A stretch of DNA of 64,000 bases from an uncultured Actinomycetes bacterium (GCA_963706025.1 CAVPLM010000005.1:416001-480000); one strand, 5' to 3'. Positions 27,213-37,841 are shown, counted from the first letter of the stretch. Made by a program: numbers and translations. The notes: generated from the sequence alone by a model not told the origin.

Positions 27213-29249
27213 TCAGGGCCGTTTGCCGTCGAACCTGTAGCGCGTCTCCCCGCTCCACTGGAGTTCAACCTCCAGATACCCGTTGTTCACCTTGCCGATG
27301 ATGGTTATGGGGAAGCCCTCGGGCGGGCTGGTGGTTGCCCGCACGCCGCCGGGGGTATCGGCGGGCTCGAAGTAGACCACCTCGTAGACGGTCTTGCTCG
27401 TCCCCTTTCCCATGATCACCCCGTCCTTGTCCACAGTGCCGGCAAAGCTCATGGTTTGCTGGCACCGCTCCCGGACGAACACGTTCCCTTGCCAGGTGCG
27501 GACCTGTTCGACCACGTCCGTGTTTACAGCCGTGCCTGTTACCGCACCGTCTCTTATCTCTACCCGGGCCACTGAGTCGAGCGTCTCCTTCACGGGGCCG
27601 GTGCCCACCGGAACGTGACGCCAGATCTCCGCTCCGACATACTTGCCGTTGAACGACTGGACCGGCTGCTCGTCCACGTCCTGTTGATCGGCACCGCCCT
27701 CACCTTCCCCGCTGCCGGGAGCCGACCCGTCATCGCCGCCCGGGGTCGCTCCGTCTGCGCCACTGTCAGGGGTCTGGTCGGCGCCAGAAGGCGGCCCGGC
27801 CGCGACCGGCGGAACCTGACCGGCGGCCCGAGCGAGAACCGCACCACCGAGACGCGCCCCACACTCGTCGGCCACGCCCTTGTCCCGGTCCGGGACATCC
27901 CCCGCAAAGATGCCAAGCCCGGCACGCAACACCGCCTCTCCCGCGGCAGCGACATTGCCTGAGTTGATCCACTCATAGCCCCAGGCTCCAGCGACAGCGG
28001 CGGCGAAGATATGGTAGAGAGAGCCCATCTTGTCCAGGCGTCCACTCGGGTTGGCCGGGTCTGCTTGACGCCAGGGCTCCAGGTGGGCGACAGGTTGGCC
28101 GGTGAGGGGAGGGACCGGCTTCGGGGCAATGGGCATCTTGCTGTCGTCGAGTTTGCCAGGATCGGCGAATTCCCGTCCCAAATAGGCGAGGTTCTTGAGG
28201 TAGTTGTGGGCGGCCAGGAGACCCATGGGCACGTTTCCGCCATTGGCGTCGATGGCGATCTTCAGTACTTGGGCGGGTGTGAGCGGGGTGCTGCTGTCAA
28301 GAACCTGCCGGTTGATCGTGGCCATGGAGTCTCTGGTGTAGTCCCAGAACTCGGGCCATTGGTCCTGCATCTGCTGTGCGGGATCTGAGGCATCGGCGAG
28401 GTAGCGGCCTAAGCGATAGCCGCTGTAGCCATCCGGCAGAGAGAAGTCGGTGTATCCGGCGATGGCAGTCTGCAGCTCTTGGCACATCTCCTCCTGGGTG
28501 CGCGTAGGAGAAACGTATTCTCCGCTCTCGTCTAGACCGTAGAAGTCGCGGGTCGATTGGTCCGCTTGGGTCATCACCCATCCTTGGTGTACTTGCTCCT
28601 GGACTCCGACAGAAAACGCGCCCGGGATGCCCCAGTTGGTCCATTTGCCGAGCATCCAGCCCTTCTCTACGAGCCACTCGATTCCGGCCGGGAGGAAGGT
28701 GATCAGGGTCTTGGAGAAGTGGGAGATCTCAACCCTGGTCGTATCGCCGGGCGGTACTTCTACCTGTGCCCACACACCGTCCTTGAGCATGGCTACTGCG
28801 CTCACCTCAGTGGGGAAAGGGATTTCCAAGATAACGGGCTGATCGAGGATAGAGTAATCGCGGTCGGTCTCGATTGCATAGGTGCGGGCCAGGCCCAGCC
28901 GTGAATCGAAGTAGTTCAAGGCCAATCCCACAATGGTCACGGTCAGTGAGGTGTCCTCCGAAAAGGCCTCAACCGGTACGATGACCGTGGCGCCATCTGC
29001 AAGGTTAAGCTCGCCGCCAGCGGAGTCGAAGTCGGCTGATACGGGGGGGGCTTCGATGGCCGCCAGGTCTCCGAATACAGCCAGCTCGGGAGCGACCTTT
29101 GCAGCCGTCAATTGACCGTCTTCGTCAGAGGTACCACCCGATCCACCGCAGCCGCACAGGCTGAGGAGCCCGAAACCAAGGAAGACAAGGAGCACGGCTG
29201 TTGCCAGATTCAAAGCGAGAGTACGTAAGAAGAATCTGCGCTCTGCCAT
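27213..29249 (-). CDS. large secreted lipoprotein, possible ZU5-like N-terminal domain
   Basis: Hydrophobic signal with lipobox-like LCGC; GG.L.L.DG.TV.VP..AF...VEISHFS pattern; 678 aa. Confidence 0.7.
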   Translation of the reverse strand: MAERRFFLRTLALNLATAVLLVFLGFGLLSLCGCGGSGGTSDEDGQLTAAKVAPELAVFGDLAAIEAPPVSADFDSAGGELNLADGATVIVPVEAFSEDTSLTVTIVGLALNYFDSRLGLARTYAIETDRDYSILDQPVILEIPFPTEVSAVAMLKDGVWAQVEVPPGDTTRVEISHFSKTLITFLPAGIEWLVEKGWMLGKWTNWGIPGAFSVGVQEQVHQGWVMTQADQSTRDFYGLDESGEYVSPTRTQEEMCQELQTAIAGYTDFSLPDGYSGYRLGRYLADASDPAQQMQDQWPEFWDYTRDSMATINRQVLDSSTPLTPAQVLKIAIDANGGNVPMGLLAAHNYLKNLAYLGREFADPGKLDDSKMPIAPKPVPPLTGQPVAHLEPWRQADPANPSGRLDKMGSLYHIFAAAVAGAWGYEWINSGNVAAAGEAVLRAGLGIFAGDVPDRDKGVADECGARLGGAVLARAAGQVPPVAAGPPSGADQTPDSGADGATPGGDDGSAPGSGEGEGGADQQDVDEQPVQSFNGKYVGAEIWRHVPVGTGPVKETLDSVARVEIRDGAVTGTAVNTDVVEQVRTWQGNVFVRERCQQTMSFAGTVDKDGVIMGKGTSKTVYEVVYFEPADTPGGVRATTSPPEGFPITIIGKVNNGYLEVELQWSGETRYRFDGKRP

Positions 29250-29620
29250 CGTCGTCTACCCCCTGAGGCGCACCACGCCGGATCCAGGACGAGCTCAATC
29301 TAGCATGGGGCTCTTGGCACGTACAGTCGCTCAATGGAGGCAGGCAGTTCAGGGTGATCCACCACACCACGCAAGGATGCCCTCAAAAGAGGAAGCGAAC
29401 ACTATGACCTCGTGGTGTTCGTAGCAGCTTCGAGTTTCCTGACCCCTCCCGCCTGACGACTGCGCGTTGCGCAAGTTCGGAGCCGGGAGCCGTGTACTAC
29501 GGCCCGATGGCTCCCCAGGTTCTTGGGTTCCGCGGCGCACCGTGGGAATGCCTCCTGAGCCCAAGTAGCACGCCGAGCGGGGAAACCCCCGTCTCCGCTC
29601 TTGGTGTCAGGTCGCAACGG

Positions 29621-29830
29621 CTACGAGGCCCGGAGGATTGCGGCCAACTCAGCTATGTCCAACTCGTTCACAGCCGTGGCAAAGCGATTCCTTGCGCCGA
29701 TAGAACCACCCTGGGCCCGCTTCTTGAGGGCCCGGGTCAGAGAAGCAAGAAGACGCCCCGCCTGTTCCTTGTTGTCCACACCGGGCTGCAACACCACGCG
29801 GTCTATCTGGACGCCATTCATGTAAATCAA
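29621..29830 (-). pseudogene. 3' fragment of an unknown phage-like gene
   Basis: Open frame with no SD, abutting an opposite-strand recombinase fragment. Confidence 0.3.
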
Positions 29831-29847
29831 GAGGTAGCCAGCCGGTC

Positions 29848-30153
29848 GAGAAGCAGCGCCGTTCAGGTTCTCTCCGTACTGTCCAGGGCTACTCCAGCAT
29901 GCTCCAGGACTCCTTCGGCCGAGTCGGCAAAGCCCCAGATAAGGTCACGGTTCAGGAGGTCTTTGTCTGGGCCCATGGCAAGGGAGTCTCGGGCAAAGAC
30001 CCCTCCCCGGTCACCATCGGCGTCCGCATAGCCCGTCTATCTTCCTTCTACCGCTTCCTGCAACGGATGGACGTCGTCATCAGCAACCCCTGTGACAAGC
30101 TGGAGAGACCGCGGACTACCAGTACCACCGCCCGGGGACCTCTCCTACCTTAG
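29848..30153 (+). pseudogene. tyrosine recombinase N-terminal (core-binding) fragment
   Basis: EKQRRSGSLRTVQGY...SP.TI..RIA.LSSFYRFL......NPC..LERP; no catalytic domain follows. Confidence 0.75.
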
Positions 30154-30286
30154 CCGCCCCCGCGAGGAGGGGAATCCGACCCTGCTGTAGATGCTGCTCT
30201 ACCGTGCGTCGCTTCGAAGCACCCGAAGCGAGGGTTCTGGGCTCTATGGAGCCACGAAGAGTGCGTGGAGCGATTCTCGAAACCCA

Positions 30287-30405
30287 CTACCAGTCGCGCT
30301 CGACCGGAGCAATACCGACACGGTAGTAGAACCCCAACTGCTCCCACAGACGAGCAAACAAAGCGCGGTTCTCCCGCTCCACCTTGACTAGCGGATGGAC
30401 GTGCA
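30287..30405 (-). pseudogene. C-terminal fragment resembling P27-family phage terminase small subunit
   Basis: HPLVKVERENRALFARLWEQLG resembles the HP...ER..R..F.R...QLG pattern of such proteins. Confidence 0.45.
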
Positions 30406-31274
30406 GGGCGCCGCTGACGGCCGATGACGTGGAAGCCTTCTGCAATCGGGCACTCAAGACCGGCCGCGTCGTGAAGCCGACAAAGGACACCGACAGGCCC
30501 GACGCTGAGGCGGCGCCACCGGATACCACCCTCTCGCCGCGTACCGTCCAATACTGCCACGCGGTACTACGCATGGTCCTGCAGACGGCCCTCAGACGGC
30601 GCCTGGTGCATCAGAACGTGGCCGCCTTGGCATCAGCGCCCAAGGTATCCCGCGAGCCCGTGCGGCCCTTCACGGTGGAAGAGTCCAAGCAGTTCATCGA
30701 GAAGGCGGCCGGCGAGCCCCTCGAGGCCCTCTACGTGGTCCCCTTGGTGCGGGGCTTGCGCCGCGGTGAGGTATTCGGCTTGTGTTGGGAAGACGTGGAT
30801 TCGGAAGAAGGGCGGCTATGGGTCCGCCATGCTCTGCAGCGGCAAGCGAAGAAGGGCCTGGTCATGGTAGAGCCCAAGTCGCGCTCCAGCCGGCGCCCGC
30901 TCGCCCTACCCCCGTTCGTGGTGACAGTGCTCAAGGATCACCGCAAGCGACAGATGGAGCAGCGCCTCGCTATGGGCCGCAAGTGGCAGGACTCCGGCCA
31001 CGTGATTGTGATGGAGAATGGACGCCCCATGTCGCCCGACTTCGGCTACAAAGAGTTCTCAGCGTTCCTCGAGCGGGCGGAGCTCCGGCACGTACGCTTT
31101 CACGATCTGCGCCACTCCTGCGCGTCCCTACTGTTCGCGCAAGGCTGCAGCCTGCGTCTGGTCAAAGAGATCCTCGGGCACTCGCAGATAGCACTCACGG
31201 CGGACACCTACACGCACCTTTTGCCAGAAGCGGATCGGGAAGCGGCAGCGGCCATGCAGAACATGCTCGGCTGA
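30384..31274 (+). CDS. tyrosine integrase, probably 5'-truncated
   Basis: GLRRGE, K (EPKS), HDLRHS, LGHS, DTYTH catalytic set intact; arm-binding N-terminus not seen. Confidence 0.9.
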   Translation: MTSGWTCRAPLTADDVEAFCNRALKTGRVVKPTKDTDRPDAEAAPPDTTLSPRTVQYCHAVLRMVLQTALRRRLVHQNVAALASAPKVSREPVRPFTVEESKQFIEKAAGEPLEALYVVPLVRGLRRGEVFGLCWEDVDSEEGRLWVRHALQRQAKKGLVMVEPKSRSSRRPLALPPFVVTVLKDHRKRQMEQRLAMGRKWQDSGHVIVMENGRPMSPDFGYKEFSAFLERAELRHVRFHDLRHSCASLLFAQGCSLRLVKEILGHSQIALTADTYTHLLPEADREAAAAMQNMLG

Positions 31275-31276
31275 GA

Positions 31277-31297
31277 TTGGCAACACGTTTGGCAACA
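31277..31297. repeat. candidate integrase arm-type binding sites
   Basis: TTGGCAACA twice at 12-bp period, between the integrase stop and the att core. Confidence 0.6.
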
Positions 31298-31327
31298 TTC
31301 CAAGAGGGAAGTATTGCTGTTTTAGAG

Positions 31328-31401
31328 TGGGCCCAGCAGGACTCGAACCTGCGACCGGCCGATTATGAGTCGGCAGCTCTAACCAACTGAGCTATGGGCC
31401 C
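31328..31401 (-). tRNA. tRNA-Ile2(CAT), lysidine type (elongator Met not excluded)
   Basis: GGGCCCATAGCTCAGTTGGTTAGAGC-TGCCGA-CTCATAA-TCGGC...GGTTCGAGTCC...TGGGCCCA. Confidence 0.9.
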
Positions 31402-31501
31402 CGGCGAATGCTCATTCTACCGCACCGCCGCCGTCCCAGAAGCCTTCCCAGGAGCCACCCCGGGCGCCGAGCTTAGCGGGGGCGTCACTCCGGGCGTTGC
31501 G

Positions 31502-32212
31502 CTAGTCGTCGCTCTGGGCGTCGTCCAGGGCGCCGACCTTGACCTCGCGCCTCCCTGAGGCGTCCGGGCTCTCGGGGCCGCCGTCTCCGCGTGGCGTGGT
31601 CACCTTCTCGAGCACGAACACGCCGTAGGCTCCCCGCAGATTCGGCCAGAACCGAAGATGTCCCTTTTCCCCCAGATAGAAGCTGCGCACGATATCTATG
31701 CCTTGCTCGCGCGCGAACACCTGGAAGTCCTTGATGGTCAAGAAGTGGACGTTCGGTGTGTCGTACCACTGATAGGGCAAGGAGTCGGTCACCGGCGCCC
31801 TCCCGGTCACCAACAGGTCGAGGCGGGTCTTCCAGTGCCCGAAGTTGGGGAAGCTGGCCACCACGAACTGCCCTACTCTCAGGGCTTCCTTCAAGACCGC
31901 CACGGTCTCCCGCGCCTCCTGCAGGGTCTGGCTGAGGATGACGTAGTCGAAACTGTTGTCGGGGTAGTAGGAGAGTCCCTCGGTGAAATCGCCGTGGTAC
32001 ACGGTGACTCCCTTGGTGACGGCGTCGTACACCTTCTCCTCGACGATCTCGATGCCGGTGCCCCGCACCCCTTTCTGCTCCAAGAGCATCTTGAGCAGCG
32101 TGCCTCGGCCGCAACCCAGGTCGAGTACCCGCGACCCCTGGGGTACCACGTCGACAATGAACAGGTGGTCCCAACGCACCCCCTCGGCATTGCGGGCGAT
32201 GGCGCTAGGCAA
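31502..32212 (-). CDS. metW: methionine biosynthesis protein MetW
   Basis: [38 protein letters not shown]; overlaps metX. Confidence 0.93.
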   Translation of the reverse strand: MPSAIARNAEGVRWDHLFIVDVVPQGSRVLDLGCGRGTLLKMLLEQKGVRGTGIEIVEEKVYDAVTKGVTVYHGDFTEGLSYYPDNSFDYVILSQTLQEARETVAVLKEALRVGQFVVASFPNFGHWKTRLDLLVTGRAPVTDSLPYQWYDTPNVHFLTIKDFQVFAREQGIDIVRSFYLGEKGHLRFWPNLRGAYGVFVLEKVTTPRGDGGPESPDASGRREVKVGALDDAQSDD

Positions 32213-33386
32213 GGCGGATGCCTCGCAGTCTGGCCGTCGATCCCAGGAAGTGCCATATCACTCTGGCCAAGTCCTTGTTCTCCAGAAGGAAGGCGTCGTG
32301 TCCGTAGGAAGACCTCATCTCGAGATACGAGCAATCCAGGCCGTTGCCCTTGAGTGCCCGTACGATCTCTTTCGACTGATAGGGGGGATAGAGCCAATCG
32401 CTGCTGAACGCGATGACCAGGAAACGCATGTCGTCCGGCAGGTCGCGGAAGGTCTCGACGAGCACGCCCCGGTCGGCGGTGAGATCGAAGTAGTCGAGGG
32501 CCTTGGTGATGTAGAGGTACGTGTTGGCGTCGAAGCGGCGCGTGAACACCTCCCCTTGATAACGAAGGTAGCTCTCCACCTCGAAGTCGAGCGTGAGATC
32601 GAAGCCGGGCAGCTTCTCATCCCGCAGCCGTCTGCCGAACTTCTCGTGCATAGACTCATCGGATAGATAGGTGATATGGCCGATCATGCGGGCCACCGCA
32701 AGCCCGCTATCGGGGGCGTCTCCCTGGTAGTAGTCTCCGCCGTTCCAGTTGAGGTCGGTCATGATGGCCTGACGTCCCACTTCGTTGAAAGCTATCTGCA
32801 TGGGCGAGTGCTTGTGGGTGGCGGCGATCGGGATGCATGAGGCTACCGCTTCGGGATAGGCGACCGCCCACTCCAGGGCCTGCATCCCGCCCATCGAGCC
32901 CCCGCACACGCAGAGAAGTCGCTCGATCTCCAGGTGGTCGATGAGCATCTTCTGAGCCCGCACCATGTCGGCCACGGTGACCATGGGGAAGCCAAGCCCG
33001 TACTCTCTCCCAGTGGCCGGGTTGATGCTGCTGGGCCCGGTACTTCCCTTGCAGCCCCCGATGACGTTCGAGCAGATCACGAAGTACCGCTCGGTATCGA
33101 AACCCTTCCCGGGGCCGATCTGGGTCTCCCACCAGCCGGGTCTGTCTTCTCCGGCGTAGTATCCGGCAGCGTGCGCATCACCCGAGAGGGCGTGCAGGAT
33201 GAGAACGGCGTTGGTCCGCTGATCGTTGAGCCGGCCGTAGGTCTCGTAGGCGATGGTGAACGGCTCCAACCTCTCGCCGGAATCCAGCGGTAGCGAGCTG
33301 AAATCGATTGACTCCAGCCTCACCGTTCCCACCGAGACGCCCAAGGCCCGCTTCCCCAGCACGTAGTCGCTCAACCCTGTTCCCAA
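32205..33386 (-). CDS. metX: homoserine O-acetyltransferase
   Basis: [41 protein letters not shown]. Confidence 0.96.
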   Translation of the reverse strand: MGTGLSDYVLGKRALGVSVGTVRLESIDFSSLPLDSGERLEPFTIAYETYGRLNDQRTNAVLILHALSGDAHAAGYYAGEDRPGWWETQIGPGKGFDTERYFVICSNVIGGCKGSTGPSSINPATGREYGLGFPMVTVADMVRAQKMLIDHLEIERLLCVCGGSMGGMQALEWAVAYPEAVASCIPIAATHKHSPMQIAFNEVGRQAIMTDLNWNGGDYYQGDAPDSGLAVARMIGHITYLSDESMHEKFGRRLRDEKLPGFDLTLDFEVESYLRYQGEVFTRRFDANTYLYITKALDYFDLTADRGVLVETFRDLPDDMRFLVIAFSSDWLYPPYQSKEIVRALKGNGLDCSYLEMRSSYGHDAFLLENKDLARVIWHFLGSTARLRGIRLA

Positions 33387-33468
33387 CCTCTCTACGGATC
33401 GCGTCCGCCGTCGCGTCAGCGGATTATACGAGCTATGCCCGCGCCGGTGTAACCCGCGTACCTGAGTG

Positions 33469-35255
33469 TCATCCCCTGTAACGGTTCGTTATGGGTAGGC
33501 GCCTGTCCTTTCCGAAGGCCTTGGGAGTGATGCGCACCCCCGGGGCGGCCTGCCGGCGCTTGTACTCGTTGCCGTCGATCATGGCCACCACTCGTTCTAC
33601 CCCGTCCCGCTGCAGGCCGAGCGCCACTATCTCGTCGACACTCTCGTCCCGCACCACGTACGCCTCGATGATGCGGTCGAGGATATCGTAGGGCGGCAGA
33701 GTGTCCTGATCTGTCTGATCCTCGGCCAACTCGGCAGAGGGGGCTCGGTCGATGGTGGACGCAGGTATGGGACCCGGACCCGGACCCAGCGAATTCCTGT
33801 GCCGCGAAAGGCTGTAGACCAACGTCTTGGGCACATCCTTGAGCACGGCGAAGCCGCCGGCCATGTCGCCGTAGAGCGTCGCGTAGCCTACGGCGGTCTC
33901 GCTCTTGTTCCCGGTGGTGAGGACCAACCAGCCCAGTTTGTTGGAGAGCGCCATCAGCACGTTGCCGCGTATGCGGGCCTGGATGTTCTGCTCCGTCACC
34001 CCGGGCTCGTCATTCACGAAGTAGGGGGCGAGGCTCTCCAGGTAGGAGCCATACATGCCTTCGATAGGGATCTCGTAGAAGCGTATCCCCAAGCGGGTGG
34101 CGGTCTCGCGGGCATCGGTCTTCGTACCGGCGCTCGAATAGCGAGACGGCATGGAGACGGCGTTGACTCTGTCCCTGCCCAGGGCATCGGCGGCGATGCA
34201 GGCGGTGAGGGCCGAGTCGATCCCCCCGCTGAGACCCATCACGACCTGCTGGAAGCCGTTCTTCGTGACGTAGTCCCTGACTCCCAGGCAGAGGGCGGCG
34301 TAGACCTCGGCCTCCGTGGTCAGGGGCTCGCTGAGCCTTGCCGCCACGGGTTCGGTCGAAAGACCCTCGCGGGACACCCCGCATGACCCGGCCGGTCAAG
34401 CCGGTGCCCGACTCACCGCCCGAGCGTGCATCAACGACGATGAGCTCCACCGGCCAGTCCCGCTCGACGCAGCGGGAGAGCGCGACGCCCTTTCGCGCAC
34501 GCTCGGGATCCAGGTCGACCACGAGCAGGTCCTCCTCGAACTGGCGGGCGCGGGCAACGACCGTTCCTGAGGGATCGAACACAAGACTCTGGCCATCGAA
34601 GACCAGCTCGTCCTGGCCCCCGACCCCATTGAGGTAGCACAGAAAGGCATCCGCCTCTCTCGCCCTTCTCGAGAGCAGCTCTTCCCGCTCCTTACCCTTT
34701 CCCAGATGGTAGGGCGACATGGAGAGATTGATGATGACGTGGGCCCCGCCCCGGTACGCCGCCGTCTCGGTGGGGCCGCAGTCGTCCCAGATGTCTTCGC
34801 AGATGCTGAGTGCCAGGCGCACCCCTGAGACCTCGAGCACGGTGACGCGATCTCCCGGTGTGAAGTAGCGCTTCTCATCGAACACGGCGTAGTTGGGCAG
34901 CAAGAGTTTCTGGTAGAAGCCGACCATCACTCCCCCAGCCAGGACAGCCGCCGCGTTGTGACACACCTCCACCGTCCACGAGCGGAACCCCGACCAGGGC
35001 GACTATGTCGGGACAGGCGACCGCGACGTTAAGGAGGGCTTCACGGCAGCCGGCCAAGAAATGATCTTTGAGGAGCAGATCCTCCGGCGGATACCCGGCT
35101 ATGGCCAGCTCTGGGAAGACGACGATATCCACGCCCATCGCACAGGCCTGCCCCGTCCGCTCGATAAGCAGCTGCGCGTTGCCTTTGAGATCACCGACGG
35201 TCGGATTTACCTGCGCCAGCGCTATCCTCACCTTGTCCGTCCCCTCACCCGGCAC
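33469..35255 (-). CDS. nadE: glutamine-dependent NAD+ synthetase, two frameshifts near 34970 and 34378 (probable errors)
   Basis: RIALAQ.N..VGD, FPEL..GYPPEDL; [18 protein letters not shown]; [26 protein letters not shown]. Confidence 0.93.
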
Positions 35256-36645
35256 TCTCCAGGACATCCAGCAGCTCTCTAGTCTTGAGCTCGAGCAGAT
35301 CCCTGTCCGCCCGGGTCTCGACGTTCAAGCGCACCACCGGCTCGGTATTGGACGGGCGGACGTTGAAGCGCCACGTTGGGTATTCGATGCTCAAGCCGTC
35401 CGTCTCGTCGACAGCCAAAGCCCCGGGCTCATACTTATCCCTGACCAAGGCAAGGGCCCTTGCCGGGTCCGCGATGGTCAGATTGATCTCTCCGCTGACA
35501 GGGTAGCGCGCGATCCCTTCCTCCATGAGTGCGGAAAGCGGCCGCCCCTCCTCGCTCAGCGCTTCCACCACCTGCAGCCAGGGGATCATGCCGCTGTCGC
35601 AATAGGAGAACTCCCGGAAGTAGTGATGGGCGGACATCTCCCCCCCATAGGCAGCGTCGACGGCCCGCATCTTCTCCTTGATGAAGGCATGCCCGCTCTT
35701 GGAGACCACCGCCCGCCCGCCCGCCGCTTCCACGAGATCGCGGGTGTTCCAGACCAGGCGGGGATCGTGGACGATGGCCGCCCCGGGATGGCGGCGGAGG
35801 GCGCGTTGGGCCAGCAGACCCACGAGGTAGTAGCCCTCGACGAACTCGCCTCGCTCGTCGAAGAAGAAGCAGCGGTCGAAGTCGCCGTCCCAGGCGATAC
35901 CAAGGTCCGCCTTCTCTGCCACCACCGCTTCGGCCGTTAAGGCCCGGTTCTCGGGCAGTAACGGGTTGGGAACGCCCAGGGGGAACGACCCGTCCGGCCG
36001 ATGGTTGATCTTGACGAAATCGAGGGGCAGGGACTGCTCCAACAGGTCCACGATCGGTCCGGCTCCGCCGTTTCCGGCGTTGACGACCACCTTCAGCGGC
36101 CGGAGCTTCGTCTCATCGACATAGGACAAGAGGTGCTCGACATAGCGCGATCGCACGTCGACCTGCGTGATGGCTCCCGGCCGCGTCGCTCCAGGTCCGG
36201 TCGGGGCCGAGGCCCCTTCTGCAGCCCGGCTGAGGGCACTCGCCACCATCGCCTCCATGTCGAGCAGCCCGGTATCGGCACTGATGGGTCTGGCCTGCGC
36301 ACGGGTGAACTTCATGCCATTGTAGTCACGGGGATTGTGGCTGGCTGTGACCATCACTCCGCCGTCGAGATCGAGGAAGAAGGTCGCGAAATAGACTTCC
36401 TCCGTGCCCACCAGGCCGATATCGACCACGTCGACTCCCGAGCCGGTGAGTCCCCTGCACAGCGCCTCGGTCAACGCCGGACTTGTGAGGCGGACATCGT
36501 GGCCGACGACGACCTTGCGTGCACCCACCAGGGCCGCGTATGCGCGCCCGATGAGCTCAGCCATCTCTTCGTTCAGTTGGTCGGGCACCCGGCCGCGTAC
36601 ATCGTAGGCTTTGAAGCACTCCAGGTGCGCCCCGTCATGCGCCAT
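35245..36645 (-). CDS. manB: phosphomannomutase
   Basis: FKAYDVRG, TASHNP, DGDFDR, GGEMSAH, RPSNTEP. Confidence 0.93.
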   Translation of the reverse strand: MAHDGAHLECFKAYDVRGRVPDQLNEEMAELIGRAYAALVGARKVVVGHDVRLTSPALTEALCRGLTGSGVDVVDIGLVGTEEVYFATFFLDLDGGVMVTASHNPRDYNGMKFTRAQARPISADTGLLDMEAMVASALSRAAEGASAPTGPGATRPGAITQVDVRSRYVEHLLSYVDETKLRPLKVVVNAGNGGAGPIVDLLEQSLPLDFVKINHRPDGSFPLGVPNPLLPENRALTAEAVVAEKADLGIAWDGDFDRCFFFDERGEFVEGYYLVGLLAQRALRRHPGAAIVHDPRLVWNTRDLVEAAGGRAVVSKSGHAFIKEKMRAVDAAYGGEMSAHHYFREFSYCDSGMIPWLQVVEALSEEGRPLSALMEEGIARYPVSGEINLTIADPARALALVRDKYEPGALAVDETDGLSIEYPTWRFNVRPSNTEPVVRLNVETRADRDLLELKTRELLDVLESAG

Positions 36646-36742
36646 CGGTGACCTCCCAGTATCTGGTGGGTATCCCCCGCTTCCGCGTCTCGAGACCCGG
36701 ACGGCCTCGAGCGGACGGGTCCCCCTCGGCGGCTGCCTCCCG

Positions 36743-36771
36743 TTGCATGGGGCAATTCATTCGCCTATACT
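36743..36771 (+). promoter_or_regulatory. sigma70 promoter of tRNA-Asn
   Basis: TTGCAT-N17-TATACT. Confidence 0.7.
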
Positions 36772-36786
36772 ACGCGAGGTTCCCGC

Positions 36787-36861
36787 TCCTCGGTAGCTCA
36801 ATGGTAGAGCACCTGGCTGTTAACCAGGGTGTTGCAGGTTCGAGTCCTGCCCGAGGAGCCA
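36787..36861 (+). tRNA. tRNA-Asn(GTT)
   Basis: TCCTCGGTAGCTCAATGG...CCTGG-CTGTTAA-CCAGG...GGTTCGAGTCC...CCGAGGAGCCA. Confidence 0.97.
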
Positions 36862-36888
36862 TTTATTTCCGGAAGGATAGCGGGCTGA

Positions 36889-37149
36889 TCACGCCGCTCG
36901 GATAAGGTCCCGGCCCGCTTTCGCCGACGGCTGGTCGCACGAAAAAGCGGCTATTTCGCAACCGCAGACCGGGCAGGTCAGGATACGGCTTTCCTCTGGA
37001 TAGGGCCGGCTCAGGCCCATCGTGCAAGAGGCACCGCCGCTTTCCATCGACTGCAATGCTGCTCCGCAACACACACATACCGATCCCGGGTGGAGATCGC
37101 ACACATACGCCCCTAGAGTGGGCGCTTCAACGACTCTGTTACCTTCCAT
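36889..37149 (-). CDS. small zinc-ribbon protein coupled to lexA
   Basis: C.CCG...CPVCG; ATG overlaps the lexA stop (TAATG). Confidence 0.65.
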   Translation of the reverse strand: MEGNRVVEAPTLGAYVCDLHPGSVCVCCGAALQSMESGGASCTMGLSRPYPEESRILTCPVCGCEIAAFSCDQPSAKAGRDLIRAA

Positions 37150-37767
37150 TAGAGCCTCCGGATCACTCCTGTGACCTTACCCACGATCCGCGGATCCCGG
37201 GTGAAGATCGGCTCCATCGAGTCGTTCTCGGGTTGAAGCCGAACGGTGTCGGACTCCCGGAAGAACCGCTTGAGGGTGGCTTCTTCATCCAGGACCGCCA
37301 CCACTATGTCACCGTCATCTGCGGTCTCCTGTCGTTTGACCACGACCAGGTCACCATCTAAGATGCCTGCCTTGATCATGGAGGTTCCCGTCACCCGTAG
37401 GGCGAAGCACTCCTGCGGTTCGCCCAGGAACGCCGGGATGGCGATCGCCTCCTCGATGTTCTCCTCCGCCAGCAACGGGACCCCAGCTGCGACCCGTCCT
37501 ACCAGGGGGATCAGCAGGGGATTCCGAACAGCGCGACGAGGCGACTGACCGCCCGCCGGCCGGATGACTTCGAGAGCCCGCCGCTTCGACGAGCCCCGGC
37601 GGATGTAACCCTTGGCTTCGAGTGAGGCAAGGTGACTTTGCACCGACGCCGGCGAGCACAGACCGACGGCGGCGCCGATCTCGCGCACAGTGGGCGGGTA
37701 CCCCTGCGCTCTGACCGCCTCCTCTATCACCTGCAGTATCTGCCTGCTGTCTTTCCGGCAGTTTCAT
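37149..37767 (-). CDS. lexA: SOS repressor LexA, +1 frameshift near codon 8 (probable error)
   Basis: MKLPERQQ then QILQVIEE...GYPPTVREI, VAAG.P cleavage site, G.SM catalytic Ser, TLKR catalytic Lys. Confidence 0.95.
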
Positions 37768-37782
37768 CGCCGTCTCCTCGGT

Positions 37783-37833
37783 GAACATTCGTTCGGTTGG
37801 GGGCAGTATAGAATATGTGTTCGGTCGCTGCAA
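37783..37833 (-). promoter_or_regulatory. lexA promoter with two Gram-positive-type SOS boxes
   Basis: GAACATTCGTTC (37783-37794) and GAATATGTGTTC (37811-37822); TTGCAG-N17-TATACT. Confidence 0.88.
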
Positions 37834-37841
37834 GACTCCTG

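Larger units (their letters stand above)
25554..31361. mobile_element. decayed integrative element (prophage/satellite remnant) at tRNA-Ile2
   Basis: 35-bp direct repeats, tyrosine integrase next to the tRNA, second recombinase fragment, terminase-like fragment, cargo genes. Confidence 0.88.
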
